DNA of 64,000 bases from Adineta vaga (lineage: Eukaryota; Animalia; Rotifera): assembly GCA_021613535.1 (NCBI GenBank), contig CP075495.1:14074001-14138000 (forward strand). The letters run 5' to 3'. Below the pieces are notes generated by a model. The model ran no database searches, was not told the DNA's origin, and was given only the letters and a program-made list of their open reading frames with translations. Shown here piece by piece: positions 12,274 through 22,832 of the stretch. Position 1 is the first letter of the stretch, and each line of letters starts with the position of its first letter. Made by a program: the position numbers and the translations under genes.

Positions 12274-12401
12274 GACGACAGAATAGAAAAGATTATTAAA
12301 TGTAAACCAATGACTGCGATTGTTGTTTTTACTATTTCTAATAAACGAAGAGACAAACATAATGAAATGCATTCTACAAAATAAATATCAAAACTGAAAG
12401 T

Positions 12402-12497
12402 TCACGTGCACTAGTTAGACAATAAATATTAGTAGATTGTTGTCGAATTCAAAAGCAAAATAATATCTCCCTCTTATGACTTGTCAATCGAATATTT
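12402..12497 (+). repeat. Dispersed direct repeat, copy 2
   Basis: Matches 9282-9387 as described for copy 1. Confidence 0.85.
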
Positions 12498-13508
12498 TTA
12501 TTGACGACACAGAAAACACGAGTATATGTAGTTATAAACAAAAGAATAAAACATAATTGTAATTCAAATGAACCATTCATATGTTCAACTGTATCATTTA
12601 CCTAATGAAATTCTTAATTGAAATTTAAACGATTAAACCTCGGAATAATTTATCATTAGAATTTGTTGATACAATTCTTGATCGGTTTTGTTATGAGATT
12701 TTACGAAAAATAGATAATAAAACTAAACAACATAATTTTGAAACAGAAACAGCTTCGAATCTCTTTTTTGATAAAAGATTTTTCTTTAACTCATTTAATA
12801 ATTATTATTTCTATGAGAGCTGTTTTTATAAAAATATTTTTGATACAAACGAAGTTTTGATCATTTAGACGAATGTTCTTATAAAAAATACTTCAATATA
12901 TGGTATTGTATAATCCATATTTGAAAGAGTAAGCTTTGGAAATAGTTGCTTGTGGATTTGATTATGACGGTAATCGAATTATCCTTATGGTGTTAGACTG
13001 AGATATTCATACTCGCTCTGTATTCGTATTTACAAACAATCAATTCAAACTATGGCATAATAAATTTAAAAATCTGTTACTATCCTTTTGACACCACTGC
13101 CAGTGAAAATCAATTATGCAATTTAAATACTTATTAGTCATGATTATCCTCTCTACTTGTGTTTTGTTAGAGATTACTCTATCATAGAAATTGATGTGTA
13201 TGCACATGTTGTGTGTATCTATATTTTGCCCTTTCTTTTTCTTTCAAACCTATCTATTCCACCCGTCTTATATATTTCAGTCAATCCTTTTTTCTCGCTC
13301 TGCCCTTTTCACTTCGTCCAGGAGAATCGTCAGAGTTTTCTCGCTTTATAGTTCGTGAAGAAAGTAACCGTGTCATATTCTTTGTTTGAATGGACGGACG
13401 ATTTCGTAGTATAAAAGCTGATGTTGTTTTTCGAATAGACCAAAAAGACAACTTGGACATCATCTATTTCTTTCATTATTAGCCTTGTCACATTTGTATC
13501 TCTGAAAG

Positions 13509-14468
13509 ATGAGTAAACATTCATTCTATCAAACTGATAGCGCAGTAACAATTCAAATTCCAGTAAAAGGTCTTAAAAAAGATCAAGTTCAAGTTCAAAC
13601 AACAGATTCAACTGTTTGTAGACTTATCACTATGATTATATATCCATCAATTCTTATTCATATTTCTTTTAGTTACATGTTGATACCAAAATACCATCGA
13701 ATGGTAGTGACTATGCACTTGATCTTGAACTTGCTTATCCAATCGATTCATCACGTACAAATTTTACTGTTACTGGTACAAATGTATGACAGTCATCAGA
13801 CAGACATTTTTCTTTTGGTAACATCGTTTTTCTATTCGTTCTCACCATAGATCGAAATCAAATTATATAAACGACAAGCAATACAATGGTTATGTTTGGA
13901 CGCTCAATCAACAGTAACTAAAGCTTTACCACCAGGTAAGATATCTTTGTTTTCTAAATTTGAATATTCATATGAATAAATTTATTCTAGTAATAATGAG
14001 TCGACCATTGATTGAAAAGGCACCTAGTTATCCTTCATCCAGTCAACGTGCAAAAAATTGGGATAAGATAGAAGCTGAAATAAAAAAAGACGAAAAAGAA
14101 AATAAAGATGAAATGGGTGATGCAAATGCGTATGTGAAAGTGCTTCCCTATTTTTCATGTATTTTTCATTTTTCCTCACATTTTAGAATTTTTGCGAGAC
14201 TTTATCGAGATAGTGATGAAAAAACACGTCGTGCTATGAATAAATCAATGGTAAATATACTCTTGTTGATAATTATTTCATTATGTCATTGATATGTTTA
14301 ATATTTAGTATGAATCTGGTGGTACATGTTTAAATATGAATTGGGAAGAAGTATCCAAAGGTCGCGTTACATGCGAACCACCTGAAGTAAATTAAGATAC
14401 TTTTACATACGTTGAAATATTTTGAAAATCTAATTTAGGGAATGGAATGGAAGAAATATGATTCATAA
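13509..14468 (+). CDS. SUGT1: SGT1 co-chaperone (CS and SGS domains, no TPR), multi-exon
   Basis: KHSFYQTDSAVTIQI...IEIKLYK...W (CS domain); YPSSS..KNWDKI, LYRDSDEKTRRAMNKSMYESGGTCLNMNWEEV, PPEGMEWKKY (SGS domain). Confidence 0.93.
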
Positions 14469-14897
14469 AATATTGTCAAGACTATGAACAATATCATGAA
14501 TGTATACTTATTCGTCTGTGAAATGAATATGGTTTTTATAAACATTTTTGTTCTTCTATATTTATGTTGTAATTATATTAGAAAGAATTAGTTCTCAAAT
14601 AAATGTTGTCTGATAATGAATAAATATGGTATAAGTGTGATAGAATTCGAAGAACAATAGAAACTTAGTATCGAATATTTGTTCATAATCTAACGTTTGA
14701 GTTTAAAATTAATTGTATTTGATCATTTTTCTATCGTATCAAAGTCATTACATCATTCTTTTTTACCCTAAGTGTCCGTTGCGTCATAACATTTATACGA
14801 ATTACATTGATATACATCAACAGAATATGAATATGAATAACTAAAAATGTAACGGGTTAGAATTCGAACATGAACAGTGTATGTTTTGAAATTCAAG

Positions 14898-14903
14898 AAA
14901 AAA
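14898..14903 (-). terminator. Pol III T-run terminator of tRNA-Leu
   Basis: T6 on the minus strand, 4 nt after the tRNA discriminator base. Confidence 0.75.
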
Positions 14904-14907
14904 GATT

Positions 14908-14990
14908 TGCCAGGGATGGGGATCGAACCCATGCTCACTATTGTGAATTGGATCTTAAGTCCAACGCCTTAACCACTCGGCCACCCTGGC
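14908..14990 (-). tRNA. tRNA-Leu(UAA)
   Basis: GCCAGGG/CCCTGGC acceptor stem, D-arm TGGCCGAGTGGTTAAGGC, anticodon stem-loop TTGGA-CTTAAGA-TCCAA, long variable arm, GGTTCGATCC T-loop. Confidence 0.97.
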
Positions 14991-15167
14991 ACGAGAGAGA
15001 CTTAACCTCATTAATCTTTTAAACCGAAGCTTAAGATTTCAATCAGACTTCATTCACTTACACGATCAAAGAATGTTTTATTCCAATTTATTTTTCAAGT
15101 GACAAACGAAAAGAAAACGAACAAAACAAAACGTTAGTAAACAAACATCAGAATTCACTTCTGTATA

Positions 15168-17863
15168 TCAATAATAAGATCTCACTGGTTCTTCATTATC
15201 ATGTTTCATTGTTTTACGCTTTAACCTATTCCGAATTATTCCAACATAAAGAGGTTTGAAGAGCAGTTTATATGATAAGAAAATCAAACCAAAGATTTCC
15301 AAACAAACAACAGTAAATAATAAGTTACGAAAGATCACTTCCGATTTACGAGCTATCGGTTGTTGAACATTTTTCACATAATAGGGTGTCTCACTAATAA
15401 CGATGGCTAGTGTGGTTATTGTTGCTGACGAACGAACATATTGATCATTTGATACAAATAAACTATTCATATCGACAGTGAACGTTGGAATATAGATACC
15501 ACCAAAATCAGATTCTTCTCCTTCCATCGGTTTCGTTTCGTTGATGATTTTGTGATTGCAATAGCAACAGGTAAATTACGTGATAAAACATATTCATTTT
15601 TCCAAAATGATTGAGAAAAATCTAATGAAAGTAGGCTGTACTTTTCTTCATTCCGACCGTGTGCAGAAAAACCAATGCGTATGGCACCCATTACTTTCGT
15701 ATCTTCTAAGAACACTTTTACAGAGATGTGTTGATACGGTAATGGTACAGATAATGTTAGAGTAGCATTTATATTATTACAATCTGACCATCGAATCGTC
15801 GACCATGTTAATCCAAATTGAGCTTGAATAGAAACTGCATCACAATTTACTAACGTATTGATGAAATCAACGTTCAAAGTGAATTCTTGTTCATTGAGTA
15901 GATCGAACATTTCTTGTTCATCATGGGTGAGTGGAATCGCCAACGATTGTACATTTGTATCGAATTTTGCATTTCGCATCGATTTATCGCACGTAAAATA
16001 TGCATCTGATGGTTTTTCGATTGGGTACTGTCGTAGATATTCATTACTGAATGCGTATGAGAAACCGACCAAAACCACTACAGAGAACGATACTAAACCA
16101 CTAATCCAGTATTCACCATCACTAATCAGATCCATATGTCGAAATATGGCTTGTAATACTTTTCTAATTTTTCTACTCTGAGGGTGTTTTATAAAAAGAT
16201 GCATAATCTCCATAATAATGATAATTACGATAACAATGCTAGCAACAATAAGTGCCCAAAACAGAGGTGACACAAAGAGACAACGACCGGATCCGATACT
16301 GAACATAGTCTGAATTAGAATTTCATCAAATATGGTACTTTCTGGTGAATGTGGATATGGTACAACTTGATAGACTGTTTCTAATGTCGATTTCGACACA
16401 TCAGCAACCGATCCAAGTGGACAAAATGCATCACTCGAACACGGAATACATGCATCACTTGCATTACCAGGATTCTTCGTACCTGTTCTACAAAGAACAC
16501 AGTCATGAATACCACTTTTGTTTTTGAATGTGCCTGCCATACATGATTTTGCTGATGTAATAAACGGCGAAGAACCTGTCGTGATAACAGCAGGATAATA
16601 CTGTGATTGTGTCGGAGTGAAGATAAGAACATTTCCTTTGTCATCAAGTAAGGCTAACGATGATGGTGATGAAACAATATTCAAGAAGATTGAACTAAAT
16701 GACGATGGTAGCAACTGATGACTATTCGGAAAAATAGACAGCGGCGTACTATTCGAGTTATATCCATTCTCATGAATGTCAAATAAATAGACTTGCGATG
16801 ATGACCATACGTAATCCAATGTATAGACATTGATGAGTACTGCACCGATTCCATTCTCCATCCATGCAACACCCTTACCATTTCCGATCGATCGACCATT
16901 CGTGAATCGACTCACAAAGTTTAGCTCGATCGGATTTGTGATATTGACAGTAAATAGAAACACACGATTGATGAACTGCATACCAACGAATACATTTCCT
17001 TTCTCATCAATACTCACACTCATATCATATTTAGCTGAATAAACATCGGCATCAGCATTTGTCAATAGGTCTTGCCATGTTCCAGGAGTTGCAATCGGTT
17101 GATATTCATGAGCAACATATGGACGATAATGTTCATCGGATGAATTGAAACGAATGAGATAAATCATAGGACTATATTTGACGGTGGCATTGGCATTGTT
17201 TTGAATGAATCCAGCTATGACACCAAAATGATCACTGAGATCAACTGCATGTGGAATGAATGATTCATCTGGCCATGTTGTTTGTCCATCCCATGTATTG
17301 AGATTAGTCGATGAAGTATTGACTGCATGAAATACAGCAACATATCGATTAGTGAATACATATGCACGAATACCTTGTGGATGAACACCAAGAATCGAAT
17401 ATTCTTGATGACTATAGGTGTTGAGATAATGAAGTGAATAGGTGAAACTTGCATTGCATATCGATGAGTTCAGGTTGGATGTTTGTTGTGAATGATTGAA
17501 TGTTGCCATCCCGATGAATATTCCATTTTGATCATTTGTATGTTCACCGATGAAGAAGAAATGAAGTTGAGTTTGATTTTGTTTTTTGCCGAGAACAACA
17601 GAATAGATGAAAGTATTGGTCGTATTTGGATAGATGAGAGAACATTGTGAAGAAGTGAGTGTAGAATTGTAAGGTGCAAATTGTATGGCGAATGTTGGTG
17701 GTAGATAACTATTTTGTGCTAATACGAGAAGATGATCGTTGAGAGTGATCTTTGATCCATATGCATCGTAATCTTTAGTGTTGGGAGTGAAAACAGAATG
17801 AAGATGTTGAATATGAATGACGAGAAGTAGGAGAATACTGCACAGATAATTTGGAGAAAACAT
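15168..17863 (-). pseudogene. Paralog A of an intronless signal-peptide/propeller/Cys-rich/3-TM protein, with a single-base frameshift at 15548-15551 (pseudogene or assembly error)
   Basis: Colinear with 20073-22832. There is T4 here versus T5 at 20516-20520, and the reading frame resumes as ORF 15168-15527. Confidence 0.75.
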
Positions 17864-20072
17864 ATTTCTGAATGTATTATTGGAGCGAATGTACCTAGAA
17901 CGGTGAATTGAATTTCGTGATCTAGAAAAGAATTGAATAACGACTAAGACAATGGTTCATTGAATGAACATGTTTACTAATGTTTTTAGATGAGTAAGAA
18001 TTCGAATATGATAAACGGCTTGTATGTTTTATAATTATTTAAGGTAACAGGAAGAAGAGTACTTAGAACGTTTATTTGTCTATTCGAGAGATTTCTTCTT
18101 AGAAAAGAAAGCTGTTCCCTTCGTATGTGATGTTTTTGAAGACAAATATTTCTGGCGTAGCAGTGACGGCAACCAAAAATATTATAGGAGAAAATATCAA
18201 AGGAATAAAGAAAGTACTTAAATATTAATGAAGTTTTGTTCTTGACACGTCTTTGTTAATTTAAATTTCACATTAAATAATACGTGACAGAATGTACGAC
18301 GATAATACTGTGGCAATTATCATTCCCGTTATCCTTCACTATGTTTCTAATTTCTATTTATCGTATAGATCTCGTTAGAAAATTTTTATGGAAAAAGTAA
18401 GACTAATAGTACAAATGTTGTTGAATTTCTCACATCAGATAACATTAAGAAATCTGATGTACTTGATTGCTTCTGTGTCAAATCTTGTTTTTTTTCTCAT
18501 TTCACTAGATTAATATTATCTGACATCTTCTCTCATTCGATATGTTCTTGTATCATCATCGCTTTTTTAGGCTTTGCCGTTGATTATACAATGGAAATCA
18601 TACATCTTGATTCATTTCAATGTTTTCATCAGAAACACTAAAAAACTATCAACAAAAAGTTTCAAGGTACATAGCGATAAAACTGGAGTTGAACATATCA
18701 TCATTCATAATCTCATGGAACTTTCGGTGAAATTCTGTTTAGATTTAATTAAAAGATGCAAAACAAATCAAAAATTGAATTTATGTTTTTGAACTTAATA
18801 TACAAGATAACTTTATTACAGTGATTAATATGACTTTAGATATTACTCTCGTTTTCGAAAGAAATAGGTGAATAGCCTTTATCATAAAGAAGTACGATCC
18901 TATTGAACAGGTTGTAGTATTGATATAAATGATTTCTTTGAGAGTTACCAAGAATTTCTTGTAAGATAGTCATCAACAAATGAAGCATCTCGAGTAAATA
19001 AACATACTATATTAAATCTATATCATTGAATTTTTTTTTAATTGACTTTTGCATATTCAACATTTTATTGAACAAATACTTATTGTAGATCATTGACTGT
19101 AAGAATATATTTTATGCTACTTCAACAATCATTACTATACATTCAATTTATATTTTCAATTGATGTTAGATTCGATAATAATATAGATGAATTTTTGTCT
19201 TTTTGAAATTAAACAACAGAAATACTCGTACTAAAGCAATACCACCGATCGAAAGTAGAATTTAGGAGCTGACTTATATGTGAAATATCAGTTATTTCTA
19301 CTATAGTTACTTGATGTAAATCTACTTTGATTGTAAAGTATTGAGAAAAGTGGGTTGTCTCTTTCAAATAATTAGTAAAAATTGATAGAAGCATATCTGA
19401 AATAATGACATCATATTGTCGTACGAACGTATTTAAGAAATTTTCAAGAAGAAGAACGAAGTGATTAATGTTTCAAAATCATTATTTATTCTTTCATACT
19501 AAGAAGTGAACGTTTATGCCTACACAACACAACGACCACGAAAATATGAGAAGACATCGTTGATATTTTTGATAAAGGAAACAAAAATAACAAAGTATTG
19601 TTACTCAACCGGTACATTTCATATACCATTTTGTTTAACACTGTGAAAAGTCGAAAATAATCATGAACTGTATCGTAAGATCATGTACTTCAATTTCGAA
19701 ATAAGAAAGCAAAATCAAATAAAATGAATGTCGAAAGATATGTTTCGGATGAATAAGACAACTAGAAATACTATATAAGAATTCATTTTATCTTTCGTTA
19801 CATAATATCAAATAAAATGCGCTGTTTTTATTCTTGCTCACGAACACCCACCAAAACTTCTTCTACAATAAACAGACAGATACTGAGAAGTTTTATCGTT
19901 ACAAAAATATCTTAGTTCGTAGATAACGGATATACATCACACAGACATGTCTTTTAAACAGAGATAGATAGAAATTGGATATTTTCATACAACCTCATTA
20001 AAAAATTATCAAAAGAGCAATAAACAGAAGAAAATGAGAATATTCCATTTTCATACATAACAAATGAATGTA

Positions 20073-22832
20073 TTAAAAAATACTTGAAATATAATCTCTG
20101 TCTTTTTTGTCAGTTCTATCAGACTTCTTTGTTAGTTTTAAATCACCATTCATTTGAACCTGATAAGGCAATTCTTTCTCTTCCGCATGGTGACATTTTC
20201 GTATAATTTTCTTGTATAAAGGTCTAACGACCAGTTTATATGATAAGAAAATCAGACCAAAGATTTCCAAACAAACTACAGTAAATAATAAGTTACGAAA
20301 GATCACTTCCGATTTACGAGCTATCGGTTGTTGAACATTTTTCACATAATAGGGTGTCTCACTAATAACGATGGTTAACGTAGTCATTGTTGCTGACGAA
20401 CGAACATATTGATTATTCGATACAAATAAACTATTCATATCGACAGTGAACGTTGGAATATAGATACCACCAAAATCAGATTCTTCTCCTTCCATCGGTT
20501 TGGTTTCGTTGATGATTTTTGTGATTGCAATAGCAACAGGTAAATCATTTGATAGCATATATCCATTTTTTGAAAACGATTGATAAAAATGTAGTTCTCT
20601 CAATGTATGTCTTTCCTTCAGATGCCCATCACTCGACATACCAATACGTAATGCTCCAATTGTTTTCGTGTCTGCCAAGAATATTTTTACAGAGATGTGT
20701 TGATACGGTAATGGTACAGATAATGTTAGAGTAGCATTTATATTATTACAATCTGACCATCGAATCGTCGACCATGTTAATCCAAATTGAGCTTGAATAG
20801 AAACTGCATCACAATTTACTAACGTATTGATGAAATCAACGTTCAAAGTGAATTCTTGCTCATTGAGTAGATCGAACATTTCTTGTTCATCATGGGTGAG
20901 TGGAATCGCCAACGATTGTACATTTGTATCGAACTTTGCATTTCGCATCGATTTATCGCACGTAAAATATGAATCTGTTGATCCTTCGATTGGATATTGT
21001 TTTAAATAACCATTGCTAAATGCATAGGAGAAGCTCACTAAAACAATAATACAGAATGATACTAAACCGCCCACCCAAAATTCACCTTCACCAATTAAAT
21101 CTGTATGCTTAAATACATGCCGAACTCCATGTTGAATTTTCTGACTATGACTATTTTTAACGCAATGTTTTAATATTTCCATAATAACAATGATCACAAG
21201 TACAACACCTGCGATTATGAGAGCCCAAAATAACGGAGATACTAATAGACACCGACCAGATCCTATACTAAACATACTGTGAATAAGAATTTCATCAAAT
21301 ATGGTACTTTCTGGTGAATGTGGGTATGGTACAACTTGATGGACTGTTTCTAATGTCAATTTCGACACATCAGCAACCGATCCAAGTGGACAAAATGCAT
21401 CACTCGAACACGGAATACATGCATCACTTGCATTACCAGGATTCTTCGTACCTGTTCTACAAAGAACACAGTCATGAACACCACTTTTGTTTTTGAATGT
21501 GCCTGCCATACATGATTTTGGTGCTGTAATAAACGGTGAAGAACCTGTTGTGATAACAGCAGGATAATATTGTGATTGTGTCGGAGTGAAGATAAGAACA
21601 TTTCCTTTGTCATCAAGTAAGGCTAACGATGATGGTGATGAAACAATATTCAAGAAGATTGAACTAAATGACGATGGTAGCAACTGATGACTGTTCGGAA
21701 AAATAGACAACGGCGTACTATTCGAGTTATACCCATTCTCATAAATGTCAAATAAATAGACTTGCGATGATGACCATACGTAATCCAATGTATAGACATT
21801 GATGAGTACTGCACCGATTCCATTCTCCATCCATGCAACACCCTTACCATTTCCGATCGATCGACCATTCGTGAATCGACTCACAAAGTTTAGCTCGATC
21901 GGATTTGTGATATTGACAGTAAATAGAAACACACGATTAATGAACTGCATACCAACGAATACATTTCCTTTCTCATCAATACTCACACTCATATCATATT
22001 TAGCTGAATAAACATCGGCATCAGCATTTGTCAATAGGTCTTGCCATGTTCCAGGAGTGGCAATCGGTTTATATTCATGAGCAACATACGGACGATAATG
22101 TTCATCGGATGAATTGAAACGAATGAGATAAATCATAGGACTATATTTAACTGTGACATTGGCATTGTTTTGAATGAATCCAGCTATGACACCAAAATGA
22201 TCACTGAGATCTACTGCATGTGGAATGAATGATTCATCTGGCCATGTTGTTTGTCCATCCCATGTATTGAGATTAGTCGATGAAGTATTGACTGCATGAA
22301 ATACAGCAACATATCGATTGGTGAATACATATGCACGAATACCTTGTGAATGAACACCAAGAATCGAATATTCTTGATGACTATAGGTGTTGAGATAGTG
22401 AAGTGAATAGGTGAAACTTGCATTGCATATCGATGAGTTCAGGTTGGATGTTTGTTGTGAATGATTGAATGTTGCCATCCCGATGAATATTCCGTTTTGA
22501 TCATTTGTATGTTCACCGATGAAGAAGAAATGAAGTTGAGTTTGATTTTGTTTTTTGCCGAGAACAACAGAATAGATGAAAGTATTGGTCGTATTTGGAT
22601 AGATGAGAGAACATTGTGAAGAAGTGAGTGTAGAATTGTAAGGTGCAAATTGTATGGCAAATGTTGGTGGTAGATAACTATTTTGTGCTAATACGAGAAG
22701 ATGATCGTTGAGAGTGATCTTTGATCCATATGCATCGTAATCTTTAGTGTTGGGAGTGAAAACAGAATGAAGATGTTGAATATGAATGACGAGAAGTAGG
22801 AGAATACTGCACAGATAATTTGGGGAAATCAT
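20073..22832 (-). CDS. Paralog B, intronless 919-aa membrane protein: signal peptide, probable beta-propeller, GCC2/GCC3 (Ephrin_rec_like) Cys-rich repeat, three TM helices
   Basis: Intact ORF with a hydrophobic N-terminus; CMAGTFK...CVLCRTGT...CIPC...FCPLGS; hydrophobic segments near aa 533-555, 586-605 and 848-868. Confidence 0.85.
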   Translation of the reverse strand: MISPNYLCSILLLLVIHIQHLHSVFTPNTKDYDAYGSKITLNDHLLVLAQNSYLPPTFAIQFAPYNSTLTSSQCSLIYPNTTNTFIYSVVLGKKQNQTQLHFFFIGEHTNDQNGIFIGMATFNHSQQTSNLNSSICNASFTYSLHYLNTYSHQEYSILGVHSQGIRAYVFTNRYVAVFHAVNTSSTNLNTWDGQTTWPDESFIPHAVDLSDHFGVIAGFIQNNANVTVKYSPMIYLIRFNSSDEHYRPYVAHEYKPIATPGTWQDLLTNADADVYSAKYDMSVSIDEKGNVFVGMQFINRVFLFTVNITNPIELNFVSRFTNGRSIGNGKGVAWMENGIGAVLINVYTLDYVWSSSQVYLFDIYENGYNSNSTPLSIFPNSHQLLPSSFSSIFLNIVSSPSSLALLDDKGNVLIFTPTQSQYYPAVITTGSSPFITAPKSCMAGTFKNKSGVHDCVLCRTGTKNPGNASDACIPCSSDAFCPLGSVADVSKLTLETVHQVVPYPHSPESTIFDEILIHSMFSIGSGRCLLVSPLFWALIIAGVVLVIIVIMEILKHCVKNSHSQKIQHGVRHVFKHTDLIGEGEFWVGGLVSFCIIVLVSFSYAFSNGYLKQYPIEGSTDSYFTCDKSMRNAKFDTNVQSLAIPLTHDEQEMFDLLNEQEFTLNVDFINTLVNCDAVSIQAQFGLTWSTIRWSDCNNINATLTLSVPLPYQHISVKIFLADTKTIGALRIGMSSDGHLKERHTLRELHFYQSFSKNGYMLSNDLPVAIAITKIINETKPMEGEESDFGGIYIPTFTVDMNSLFVSNNQYVRSSATMTTLTIVISETPYYVKNVQQPIARKSEVIFRNLLFTVVCLEIFGLIFLSYKLVVRPLYKKIIRKCHHAEEKELPYQVQMNGDLKLTKKSDRTDKKDRDYISSIF

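Noticed and set aside
15540-15560. Programmed -1 ribosomal frameshift rescuing paralog A
   Set aside because: There is no X XXY YYZ slippery heptamer, and the flanks are otherwise identical to the unshifted paralog. A simple indel explains it.
15580-22660. Small ORFs repeated in both receptor paralogs, as conserved overlapping genes
   Set aside because: Their apparent conservation follows from the nucleotide identity of the main ORFs.
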